From positions 83,881 to 147,880 of the forward strand of contig OY969116.1 in the NCBI GenBank assembly GCA_963698075.1: 64,000 bases of DNA. Direction: 5' to 3'. Every line of letters begins with the position of its first letter. Positions within the stretch are counted from its first letter, which is position 1. The position numbers and the translations under genes are program-made. Shown here in pieces: positions 51,173-59,790 of the stretch. The notes below the pieces were generated by a model. The model made no database searches, was not told where the DNA came from, and saw nothing but the letters and a program-made list of their open reading frames with translations. This DNA comes from an uncultured Candidatus Berkelbacteria bacterium (GTDB lineage Bacteria; Patescibacteriota; UBA1384; UBA12157; JAENIV01).

Positions 51173-51598
51173 TCATACCATAATTTTTAATTCTTCAAAA
51201 GCTTTTTGGAGGATGCCCAAACTATCTTTTTTATAGCCGAGAACTGCCTTGGCCTCCTGTGGCGAGAACCATCGGGCATCCTTGATTTCTACTGTTTGCG
51301 GCCTCAATCTGACTTTCGAAGGCGCTTCGATAAGAAAAAAGTAGACGTACTTATGATAAGTTTCCTTATTGAGTTTAAACCAGTAATCGATTTTATCGAG
51401 TAATTTCACCACCTTGATGTTTTTAATGCCGATTTCTTCGATTGTCTCCCTTTTGGCGGCAGTTTCTGGTTTTTCGCCTTTTTCAATGTGTCCCTTGGGA
51501 AAGGTCCATCGACCATAAGAGTCCAGAATTAAACCAAAACTAAAACTATTGCCGATTTTTTTATAGATAATTCCACCTGCAGAAAATTCGAGTTTCAT
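51173..51598 (-). CDS. NUDIX hydrolase (Ap4A hydrolase-like)
   Basis: FPKGHIEKGE..AAKRETIEEIG. Confidence 0.9.
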   Translation of the reverse strand: MKLEFSAGGIIYKKIGNSFSFGLILDSYGRWTFPKGHIEKGEKPETAAKRETIEEIGIKNIKVVKLLDKIDYWFKLNKETYHKYVYFFLIEAPSKVRLRPQTVEIKDARWFSPQEAKAVLGYKKDSLGILQKAFEELKIMV

Positions 51599-51605
51599 AG
51601 GAAAT

Positions 51606-52766
51606 CTACATCAATTTAATCGAATTAATGAGGTTATTATACCAAGCTCCACCATCGCCCATTTCCTCGGCTGGAGCAGTGTAAGTAACAATCATAATTT
51701 TTTCACCGCGAGAAAGGTAAGTCGCTATCGCCGGTTGATTGTTGGTCAATTCCTGCTGATAAGCTGTGTGACTATCAACAATAATTTCCTTAGCAGCATT
51801 TTTTTCATTGGTGGCGACGGCATTGGCCTCGACCCAAGATTTTAAAGTTTTTCCATTGGCGTCTTGAAAATTAATTTCGATTCGAAAACCGGTCAGGGCG
51901 CCGGCGAGAGATTCATTATTGGCGGCAAAGACAATTTCCTCGGCTGTTGGTGAGGTTGTTGAAGCCAACCAACCGTTGGGATATTTTAAGGAAAAATTAT
52001 AGAGTGTTGAGGAGTATGTTGACCAAAGATTAACATCCAAACTCGGACTTTCCTCAGCGGCTCCAGTCGCTGAACTGGGACTGGGGGAGACCTTAGTTTC
52101 TGAAGCCAAGGTTTTCAACCGGTCCCAATAGCGAAAGCCGAAAAAACCGCCAGAAGCACCGATAATGAGGGCCAAGATGGCCAGGATAATAATCGTTGTC
52201 GCCGGAGAACCAGGCCTCGTTTTAATCGGCGCTCCGCCAGCCGGTGGGGGTGGCTCACCCGGTCCAGCCGGTTGGCTGACAAGTGTCGGCGACACGGGAA
52301 TTTTGGGAGCTTCCGTGGTCGGCTGTTCGTTGGTGCGGCTGCGGTCATAGGTTTTAATCGGAATATCGGTCGTCGAGGCTTCAATTTTTCCCTCATCGCT
52401 CGGCGGACTTTTCGGAGCCGGCGGCGGTGAAGTCGGTGGCGGAACATTCTCTTTTTCTTTTTTTTGGCCGGGAATCTCGATTTTGGGGCTAGAGACGGAA
52501 ATTTTCGCGGTCTCGTCAGGCTTTTTCTCTTCCAACTCTACTCCAATTTTAGGATTGCCGACGCCAATTTTATCCTCGGCAGGTGTTGCCCCCGTGGTTG
52601 GTGGAGAAGGAGCAGGGGGAGCAGGAGTCGGTGTCGAACCTGGGGTCGGCGAAGGCGTTACTGGCGGGACGGCCTGGGGCGAGGGTGTTGGCGGTGGGGG
52701 TGGTTGATTTAATTTAACTTGATCTTTTTTGTCATCTGTCGATTGGGTTGGAGAACCTATATTCAT
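51606..52766 (-). CDS. Pro-rich bitopic protein with PsbP-like C-terminal domain
   Basis: Pro-rich N-terminus, TM, FSLKYPNGW. Confidence 0.8.
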   Translation of the reverse strand: MNIGSPTQSTDDKKDQVKLNQPPPPPTPSPQAVPPVTPSPTPGSTPTPAPPAPSPPTTGATPAEDKIGVGNPKIGVELEEKKPDETAKISVSSPKIEIPGQKKEKENVPPPTSPPPAPKSPPSDEGKIEASTTDIPIKTYDRSRTNEQPTTEAPKIPVSPTLVSQPAGPGEPPPPAGGAPIKTRPGSPATTIIILAILALIIGASGGFFGFRYWDRLKTLASETKVSPSPSSATGAAEESPSLDVNLWSTYSSTLYNFSLKYPNGWLASTTSPTAEEIVFAANNESLAGALTGFRIEINFQDANGKTLKSWVEANAVATNEKNAAKEIIVDSHTAYQQELTNNQPAIATYLSRGEKIMIVTYTAPAEEMGDGGAWYNNLINSIKLM

Positions 52767-52823
52767 AAAACCTCCTCCTACCTATTATACTCCTTTTACA
52801 AAAAATCAACAAATCTGGGCTTG

Positions 52824-52853
52824 CCCCGTTAGATAGCTTCACATCTAATGGAG
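52824..52853. repeat. CCCCGTTAGAT..ATCTAACGGGG palindromic REP family, copy 1 of 3
   Basis: Further copies at 56236-56265 and 59883-59912. Confidence 0.75.
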
Positions 52854-52889
52854 CTTGACAAAAAAGATGTGTTATTCTATAATAAAGGT

Positions 52890-53279
52890 TGACTTCAGAG
52901 TTATTTTTGGACCAGTACGCTGGTAGGGGCACCCGTCCCATCACCCGATCCCCCTCTCGGGACGCCCTGCCAGTAGTGCTGGTCCACTGTTTGGGCAACG
53001 CCTAGGACGTTGCCCTACTCGGGAGGCCCAGGTCGACACCCCCCTCGCCCCGGCTTGTGCCTCCCCCGCCGATAACGGTGACAGGCACCGTCTTCGACCG
53101 TTGCGCGCTTCACCGCAGGCCCTCTGCGCAACACGGTCGATCAGCGCCCGCGAGCGAGACCTGGTGCTCCGCTCGCACCTTTCACCCGCGGCGCCCAGCG
53201 CCGCGAGCACCTCGCGACAGGTTCATGACGCCCTCTCGCGAGCCGCCCTCGGGTCCATCTGGACCCGAGGGCGCTTTTT
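52890..53279 (+). ncRNA. Candidate large structured ncRNA 1
   Basis: TTGACA(52855)-N17-TATAAT; many stems; terminator CGCCCTCGGGTCC-atct-GGACCCGAGGGCG-CTTTTT; no RBS-led ORF. Confidence 0.65.
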
Positions 53280-53301
53280 GTATTCGAGGACTTTCAAAAT
53301 C

Positions 53302-53805
53302 TTATTTAGTTCCAATCACAATGACGATATCGTATTGAGTTTCTTGGCTGAAATTTTGGGTTTTAGCGTTATAGGATTTTAGAACTAAAGCTAGATCATT
53401 GGCATAATTTTGGTAAGCCGGCTGATAGTAAATAATAGTTTGATCATATAAATTTAAGGCATTTTCTGTGACCGTGACATTAAAACCGGCGGTTTTTAAA
53501 GCGTCGCGGACTTTTTGGCTTTCCTCGACGCGGCCGGTGCCGTTTAAGAGTTTAATCGTCACGTTGGCTTGAGTTTTGTTAGCCGGGCTGGCACTAGTGG
53601 TACTCGGGCTCGCCGGCGGACTAGTTTTGTTGACGCTTTCATTAGAAAGCGGGATTTTACTAGCGCCTAAAAAAACGATAAAAAAAGCTGCCAGCACCGC
53701 TAAAAAGAAGAACCAAGAAACGTTCGCTCGACGTTCCTTTTTTTCCTTAGGTTTTAGCTTACGAGTGTGTTTTCTCGGTGGTAAAATGTCCCAAATTCTT
53801 GCCAT
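53302..53805 (-). CDS. LytR C-terminal domain membrane protein
   Basis: LLNGTG, GF.V...NA, T.IYY, DIVIVIG. Confidence 0.85.
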   Translation of the reverse strand: MARIWDILPPRKHTRKLKPKEKKERRANVSWFFFLAVLAAFFIVFLGASKIPLSNESVNKTSPPASPSTTSASPANKTQANVTIKLLNGTGRVEESQKVRDALKTAGFNVTVTENALNLYDQTIIYYQPAYQNYANDLALVLKSYNAKTQNFSQETQYDIVIVIGTK

Positions 53806-53822
53806 GGTTGACTTTTGTTTCA

Positions 53823-53935
53823 ATATCGACCTCGGGGTATCCCTCGCTCTCGGGGACCCACTCCAGCCCTGTCTTGAATTCGCCTTCGGCGATTCGGGAC
53901 GCCCCCACTTCGCTCGGGACACACCCTCGGTCTCT
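53823..53935 (+). repeat. Structured dispersed repeat, family B (divergent copy)
   Basis: ATATCGACCTCGGG..CTCGCT..TTCGCTC..CCCTCGG ends shared with 60532 and 62283. Confidence 0.55.
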
Positions 53936-53977
53936 CTATTTTCCAGTCCTACTCACTAAATCACTACTCACTATCTT

Positions 53978-54895
53978 TTATGCCCAATTAATTTGCTCAA
54001 GGTAAGTCCGATGCGGTTTGAACTTAAAATGGAAACGGCTTGGATCTTGGCCAATAACTTTGATATTTTCTTGGATTTTTTGGGCACCCAGAAGATTTAA
54101 GTAGCCGATTTGTAACGGATTAAAACCTATTAATTCGGTCGTCAAAACGTCGGCCGCCAGGGCGTTGAGCGAGGCGACGGCAAAGTGGGTTTCGAGCATC
54201 TGCCCCCCAACTGGACCATCACCCTCCATCCCCTGCCAGCCGTCAATGACGGCCAAGTGCGGCCGAGTGTATTTGGCTAATTCAACCAAGGAGCGATTAA
54301 TCGCCGGCGCGCCCTGATGGATGAGATTTTTATCATCACCTAAAATTGATCCGACGGCAAAATTTTTGATTGACAAAGTGACAATGACTGAATCATGGGT
54401 TTTGGGGGTTGAAACTGAAATTCGAAACGGGGCTTCGGCCACGGTATTGGCGATCTTTACCCGAACTGGTTTTAAGTTTTGATCAAAAACATCAACATAA
54501 ATCGCATCTGCAAAATTTAGGTCCAAAAATTCTAAATTGGGAAACTCGCTTTTGAGCCGGTTGTAGCCATAATTTTGGAAAGCCTCAAAAGTATTTTCCG
54601 CTGAGCCCTCGGCTAAAACGATTTTTCCTTCCCAAAGTGGGGTTAAAAATTCTAAAACCGCCTTGAGCGCTTCCGGATGAGTGGCGCATTTTTTGACTGT
54701 AGCAACCACGCAGCTCGGTTTAATTAAAATATAATCATAATCGGGATTAAGTTGGTCGATCGCGCCATTAAGATCTTCTTTGATCAAATCAAGGGCCTTA
54801 TAAACCGTTTGGTAACGGTCTTTCTCGCTTGAAAGCGCGACCTCATTGGTTTCTTTGAGTTTGAGTTTGGTTAATTCAGCATGGCTAATAATCAT
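53978..54895 (-). CDS. DUF362 family protein
   Basis: LIKP, TH, AEGS, PKTH, TLSIKN, DG..GMEGDGP. Confidence 0.88.
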   Translation of the reverse strand: MIISHAELTKLKLKETNEVALSSEKDRYQTVYKALDLIKEDLNGAIDQLNPDYDYILIKPSCVVATVKKCATHPEALKAVLEFLTPLWEGKIVLAEGSAENTFEAFQNYGYNRLKSEFPNLEFLDLNFADAIYVDVFDQNLKPVRVKIANTVAEAPFRISVSTPKTHDSVIVTLSIKNFAVGSILGDDKNLIHQGAPAINRSLVELAKYTRPHLAVIDGWQGMEGDGPVGGQMLETHFAVASLNALAADVLTTELIGFNPLQIGYLNLLGAQKIQENIKVIGQDPSRFHFKFKPHRTYLEQINWA

Positions 54896-55404
54896 GGTTT
54901 TAAGCAAAACCTCCAGGGTAACTTAGCCGACCTTCCGGCATACTCGACTCCAATCCGAGTTGACTGCCTAATATCTTTCGGCAAAATTATAACTCCCCTA
55001 TCTTCAATATAAAGGTCGCTTCTGGTTAAATCAAGGCCGTTGTCTTTTCGGGTAATCCCAAAATATCGACAAAGCTTTCCCGGCCCATTGGAGTAAGCGT
55101 TATCAATGGCCCGAATTAAGATTGCGGAGGGAAAACTGCTTTTTTCAGTGGTGATATTAAGGCAGTGGTAAATGCCATAAATGAGATAGACGTAAGCAAA
55201 ACCACCTTGTTTGAACATGACTTGGTTACGACGGGTCATTCCCCGGGCCGCATGGCAGGCCTGATCATCTTGACCAATATAGGCCTCAACTTCAATGATT
55301 TTGCCCGCCCTTTTGCCAAAGACTAAATATTTTCCGAGTAAGTTGCGGGCGACCTTAAGCGTGGGCCGGATGTAAAATGAGCGTTTATATCGTATTCGTT
55401 TCAT
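54892..55404 (-). CDS. DNA-3-methyladenine glycosylase (MPG/AAG)
   Basis: VARNLLGK, EVEAY, YVYLIYG, LIRA, GPGKLC, RIG. Confidence 0.93.
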   Translation of the reverse strand: MKRIRYKRSFYIRPTLKVARNLLGKYLVFGKRAGKIIEVEAYIGQDDQACHAARGMTRRNQVMFKQGGFAYVYLIYGIYHCLNITTEKSSFPSAILIRAIDNAYSNGPGKLCRYFGITRKDNGLDLTRSDLYIEDRGVIILPKDIRQSTRIGVEYAGRSAKLPWRFCLKP

Positions 55405-55474
55405 AGAAATATCGTAACACAAAAACCGAGTGTTAGGCCTTGACATTTTATATAAGATGTGATATAATAGCAAG

Positions 55475-55915
55475 CGTAAAGTGGAAGGCCAGCCCTGTTT
55501 AAGGCGAGAAAGGGGGCGACGATGTGCGGCCTTTCTACTAAGGGACAAGTTGTCCGTCCCATCTGAGGGGAACGCGGTGAGCCCGGCCCAATCGTCTGGC
55601 GGCTCCCACGAAAGTGAGCCGTATCCGATCTGGGACCAGTAATGTGGTTCATCGGACCCTCAGACCAAGGGACACAACCTGCGTTTGGACGCGGAGGGCC
55701 GCCGGAAGGCGTGTCGTCCCAACAGGTCGCCGATCATGGCGACCGATGTCCTGCCACGGTGAACGCGGGGCTGAAATCCGCTGGGCTAAGGCCCGAGCGG
55801 ATTACCGCCGCACTATCACCCCCTGGTTAGGACTAGAAGTCTTCCAGCCCACGGCTGGAAGGACAACAGAATAGACGTCATTGACAGCCTCGCTGGTATT
55901 CCAGCGGGGCTGTTC
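55475..55915 (+). ncRNA. Candidate large structured ncRNA 2
   Basis: TTGACA(55440)-N17-TATAAT; nested stems; 3' hairpin ACAGCCTCGCTGG-tatt-CCAGCGGGGCTGT. Confidence 0.65.
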
Positions 55916-55934
55916 TAATATTACAAAACAGGCC

Positions 55935-56204
55935 TCAACCGGAATGGTCGAGGCCAGGGGTTTTGTTCGCTCGGATGGCTCGGCTGAGGGTTTGGGGGAA
56001 GGAAGAATCGGGGGTGTCGTCGTAGCTGGCGAGGATGGCGAGCTGATTCGGGGTTAAGTGCCGTAGATCGGTGGTGATACAATCAATCCCTTGGGTTTGC
56101 GCTCGATTGACGACAGTTGCGAGATGCCGGACTTGGTCGGCATCGAGACGATTATGGTTGCGATGACGGCGCACAATATCCTCCCGCCCCGAAATGATAT
56201 ACAA
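55935..56204 (-). CDS. Small hypothetical protein (start uncertain)
   Basis: Internal GGGAGG RBS suggests a slightly later start. Confidence 0.45.
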   Translation of the reverse strand: MYIISGREDIVRRHRNHNRLDADQVRHLATVVNRAQTQGIDCITTDLRHLTPNQLAILASYDDTPDSSFPQTLSRAIRANKTPGLDHSG

Positions 56205-56283
56205 GTATTATATAAAAACTGTGGGTAAAATACAACCCCGTTAGATGTGGATCTATCTAACGGGGCAGTCATTCGATTCGCAA

Positions 56284-56472
56284 CTAGCGGGATCGGTAGC
56301 GCTCGTCAAGGATTGAAAGGGCGGTTTGCTCAATATCGCCTGAGGCTTCCAAACGGTTGAGGTTGGCTCTAAGATCATCTGGATCCATGATAATCTGGCT
56401 TGGCGTGGCGGCGAGCCTCGCTTTCATTTCCTCGAGCCGCTCGGCAATCGTCGGCGTCGTCTTCGCGGGCAT
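56284..56472 (-). CDS. Small hypothetical protein
   Basis: AGGAGG RBS and ATG. Confidence 0.65.
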   Translation of the reverse strand: MPAKTTPTIAERLEEMKARLAATPSQIIMDPDDLRANLNRLEASGDIEQTALSILDERYRSR

Positions 56473-56675
56473 CGTGGTTTCCTCCTGTCTTTCTTTAATC
56501 TTTCCGCCTCCGTCTTTAGGAGTTCCTCGACCAACTCACAGAGGTGTGGAAACTCCATACCAGGCAGTTTAGCCACCACCTCTTCCGGAAGTTCTCCGAG
56601 CAGTTCGAGCGAAATGATGAGCTCAAACTGTCGGGCGAAAGCTTGGGCTTCGACAAGAATTTCGTTTCGTCTCAT
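56424..56675 (-). CDS. Small hypothetical protein
   Basis: GAGGAGGAG RBS and ATG; overlaps the next ORF by 49 bp. Confidence 0.55.
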   Translation of the reverse strand: MRRNEILVEAQAFARQFELIISLELLGELPEEVVAKLPGMEFPHLCELVEELLKTEAERLKKDRRKPRCPRRRRRRLPSGSRK

Positions 56676-56916
56676 CTCGCTCTCCTCCTCGGGTTTTCCA
56701 AAAAACCTTCGCGCGGAGCGAAGGTTTCCTCGATGATCTACATTTTAGCAAAAAGAAAACTACCTCCGGCTCGCGCCGCTTCTAGCATGGGCAGTCTTCT
56801 TTTGCATGTTGCGTAGATTCATCTTGATTTAAGCGTACTATATTATAAATCTTTTTGTCAAGTGGAACCCCGCTCGAGCTGATGCTTGAGCGGGGGATGG
56901 GGATGTATTCGTCGGT

Positions 56917-57120
56917 CTAGGTGCATCGAAGTAGTTCTCTGACTAATCGGACGAATTCATGGTCGTCGGTTATGTTCATCAGATCGGCGGCCTTATTGTC
57001 GCTGACCGAATTGGCGATGGGGAAAAGATGATGCGAGGCGGCGCGGTCAAGGAAGTCAGCCATAACATCAGAAACAGTCTCTTTCCTCTTTCGGATAGCA
57101 GGATTGCTTTTCTTACACAC
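56917..57120 (-). CDS. Small hypothetical protein
   Basis: AAGGAGG RBS and GTG; hairpin CCCCGCTCGAGC..GCTTGAGCGGGG downstream. Confidence 0.6.
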   Translation of the reverse strand: MCKKSNPAIRKRKETVSDVMADFLDRAASHHLFPIANSVSDNKAADLMNITDDHEFVRLVRELLRCT

Positions 57121-57384
57121 CGGATTCCTCCTTAGGGTTAGTCAGTTTGATTATAGAGGAAGTCTAGCTTAAAGCAAATCGCCTTGACTTTTCGGCTAGA
57201 ATATGATACACTAATAAAGTTTCGAACCTTAACCACTTCTATTTCTCCTTGGAGGGAATCTGACTATCTATGAACTCTTGAGGTAGTCAGTTTCCCTCTT
57301 AGGGAGGGCTTCCGTGTCCATAGTGGCACGAGAAGAATTCCGACCGCACCACGAGAAAACTCGTGGCGGAAAAGGAAATGCAGG

Positions 57385-57948
57385 ATGTCAGCAACGATGC
57401 GGGTCTATGTGCGGCCAGCCCACCTTCCTCGCGAAGAATGGCCAAAGGCCGACAAGGGCAAGCCGTTCGAGCTAGATGGACTTACGTTCGAGCGCGATGA
57501 GAAGGGTTTACACTATAGCTGGAAGCCCTTCCTTCCGGTCCGGAGAACCCCGTTCATCAACCCGGATGAGGCCCTCTGGTATGCCACTGTTCATGATCGA
57601 TGGACGCCATTAGTCCATCGCGCCACCGGTCTGTATGGCTCGCTAGAACAGGGAGCCGAAGCGGTCCTCGATCAGGAAGGGCCAGAAGGATCTTCGATGT
57701 ACGTCCTCGAAGTTTGGGGGAGGAACCCCGATCGTGTCGTAGATCTGTGGCAAGACATCCGGACCGGCAAAGCCGTACCACGAGTGCCGTTCGGAGGACC
57801 AGCTGACATATCGACGATCGAGCAGCTGATCACCGAGGGCCTCCAGACGGATGGTGGGCATCACAAGCAGTGGTATCTCGAACAGATCGCAGTCGCCCTC
57901 GGCATCAACCTGGATGGCATTCAGCGGGAACCCGGAATCCCCGCCTAA
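57385..57948 (+). CDS. Hypothetical protein, first gene of a GC-rich small-ORF operon
   Basis: Promoter TTGACT at ~57184, structured leader, AAGGA RBS; C-terminal DGGHHKQW motif. Confidence 0.75.
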   Translation: MSATMRVYVRPAHLPREEWPKADKGKPFELDGLTFERDEKGLHYSWKPFLPVRRTPFINPDEALWYATVHDRWTPLVHRATGLYGSLEQGAEAVLDQEGPEGSSMYVLEVWGRNPDRVVDLWQDIRTGKAVPRVPFGGPADISTIEQLITEGLQTDGGHHKQWYLEQIAVALGINLDGIQREPGIPA

Positions 57949-58098
57949 CTGTTGAGGAACCTAGGGGCAGGCCGCATAAAGGGCGACCTGCCCCTCCCAC
58001 TCCCATCTTCGAGATTTATTCTGGAAGGTGGAAGCGGGAGATTAACAACCGAAAAACACGCCCAGCAACCCGGAAGGGTATGGGTATGGAGAGCAGAA

Positions 58099-58410
58099 AT
58101 GAGTCAGAAGGTGGCTTTAGTGTTGATCCTCGTGATCGTGTCTTGCGTCATCGTGACGGTTGCGGGGTCGGCAACTCATCCGACACCGACATCAGAACCT
58201 GGGACGGTTTATCACCAACTGGTGCCCGTCCCACCATCCACCCCGCCGCAGCTCGAGCAAACCTGTGAATTTGCGACGTGGGACACGCTCAAGTTGATTC
58301 TGGCCAAGAAAACGAGCGAAGGATGGGAGCTGACAGCCGCGATGGTTGACAACCAGTATGCGATGGTTGACAACCAGTATTATGTCCTTTTCTTCAAGCG
58401 CTATCGCTAG
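58099..58410 (+). CDS. Small secreted or membrane-anchored protein with DUF4177-like C-terminus
   Basis: GGAG RBS; signal/TM segment; EGWEL...YVLFFKR. Confidence 0.7.
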   Translation: MSQKVALVLILVIVSCVIVTVAGSATHPTPTSEPGTVYHQLVPVPPSTPPQLEQTCEFATWDTLKLILAKKTSEGWELTAAMVDNQYAMVDNQYYVLFFKRYR

Positions 58411-58540
58411 CCGGGCCGAAAGGCCCAAGACTTGCCCGGACGACATCTTGTCCGGGCCCCACTCCCATCTTCGAGAGAAATCCGCCAACCGGCGGACTGG
58501 AAGGTGGAAGCGGGATGAAACCAAACAGGAGGTCACTGAA

Positions 58541-58699
58541 GTGACACTTTTGATCTTGATTACGCTGGCTTGCCTTGTCTACACGATCATCGCCCGGATC
58601 AGGGACCACAGTTGGAATACCGGGCTACTTATCTGCTCGGGATTCTGGGTGTTGGTGACAATCTCGTTCCTGATTTCTGGCACAGGACATCACAAGTGA
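58541..58699 (+). CDS. 52-aa two-TM protein
   Basis: AGGAGG RBS and GTG. Confidence 0.65.
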   Translation: MTLLILITLACLVYTIIARIRDHSWNTGLLICSGFWVLVTISFLISGTGHHK

Positions 58700-58763
58700 A
58701 TTCATGCCCAGCAAGCCGTGAGGCTATGGGGAAGGGAAACGAAATATGGGTTGGAGGGATGAG

Positions 58764-59042
58764 ATGCCACTAGTCCATGAGGTTGGAGATCAAGTCAGGA
58801 TGTGCGAATCGTGGCTCGTTACTATCTACGGGGAAGGCCCATTCAGGGTGGTGGCGGTCGAAGACGTACCGGACTACTCTCTTGCCGGGGTGGGCCACCC
58901 ACAATGGGTCGACGTCCGACTTCCCGACGGTAGAACTGCGCGGTTTTCAGGAAAGCTCCTTTGTCCTGTAACTCCGCTCCCGCGGAAATCGCCCAGACGG
59001 CTTCGACGCGAAGATCATCTTCGACGTCGGGGACGAGCATGA
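58764..59042 (+). CDS. Small protein, possibly SH3-like beta barrel
   Basis: GGAGG RBS; VGDQVR..GPFRVVAV..QWVDV. Confidence 0.65.
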   Translation: MPLVHEVGDQVRMCESWLVTIYGEGPFRVVAVEDVPDYSLAGVGHPQWVDVRLPDGRTARFSGKLLCPVTPLPRKSPRRLRREDHLRRRGRA

Positions 59043-59271
59043 CCGGGCCGCAAGGCCCACAAGACAGCCGTCGTGGCAATCGCTACGGCGGCTTCGTCAT
59101 ATTAACCCCAAATTCCACTCTGTAAAAAAGAGTTTATATCTAATACTCTGAAAGTGCTGGAGCACTCTCAGAGTATATTCAAGTCCTATTTTGGATTTTA
59201 TTTTTGAGGAATCGTTCTCTTTAAACAACAAATCATAGGATCGCAAAGAGTATGACTTATCAATTTCTATT

Positions 59272-59625
59272 TCACTCAATCCGGTGCTCTTCAAACTCAA
59301 CGCGCTTATTCCAGACGAGCTCGGCAATCTGCCTCTGGCGCGGGGTCAGTTGGGAATTAGAACTTTTGAACTCAATAAAAACGATTTTATCATCGCAAAA
59401 TTGAATGCCGTCGATTGGCGTGCCGATGAAGCGGAAATTGCCCGGCTCATAAGGGTAGTCTTTCAAAAACGGCATAAATTGCTCGGTCATTTTGCCGTAT
59501 TTGGAAGAAAGTGAGTTTTTGGAAAAAGCGACTTCAGCATGACGGGCACTCACCCGCCGCCATAATATAAATAGTAGAATGACGAGAAAGGAAAGAATGA
59601 TAATGATTTCAATCGAGATTGACAC
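59272..59625 (-). CDS. Membrane-anchored Holliday junction resolvase-like endonuclease domain protein
   Basis: GKMTEQFMP, RFIGTPIDGI, FIEFKS..LT.RQ. Confidence 0.85.
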   Translation of the reverse strand: MSISIEIIIILSFLVILLFILWRRVSARHAEVAFSKNSLSSKYGKMTEQFMPFLKDYPYEPGNFRFIGTPIDGIQFCDDKIVFIEFKSSNSQLTPRQRQIAELVWNKRVEFEEHRIE

Positions 59626-59643
59626 AATTCCTCCTTAGAGTCG

Positions 59644-59790
59644 GCTCGCTTATACCCGTCAAAAGATGCCGGCACTACGATTGCTCCAGCGCGCAATCGG
59701 TGCCTGCGCTCTCGGCCAAAAACCCGCCGCTTCGCTCTGGGACCGTGCTTTTTGGCCTGCGAGAGCCACTTTTGAGGGCATTAAGCTCGC
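59644..59790 (+). repeat. Family A repeat copy 2
   Basis: TACCCGTCAAAAGATGCCGGCACTACGATTGCTCCAGCGCGCAATCGGTGCCTGCG...GCCACTTTTGAGGG. Confidence 0.9.

Noticed and set aside
52941-53382. ORF-track ORFs over the GC-rich 53-kb block
   Set aside because: Arg/Pro/Ala-rich shadow translations, no RBS, and the + strand ones cross the terminator.
55475-55915. ncRNA 2 as RNase P RNA (has CTAGA and AACAGAA near its 3' end)
   Set aside because: Lacks GAGGAAAGUCC and the complementary GGCUUA P4 strand.
57950-59095. CRISPR array or classical integron
   Set aside because: Spacers are gene-sized and irregular, there are no RYYYAAC/GTTRRRY attC ends, and no cas or intI gene is in the window.
59097-59327. 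76-aa minus-strand ORF
   Set aside because: Overlaps the resolvase-like gene, no RBS and no recognisable motif; possibly a gene remnant.
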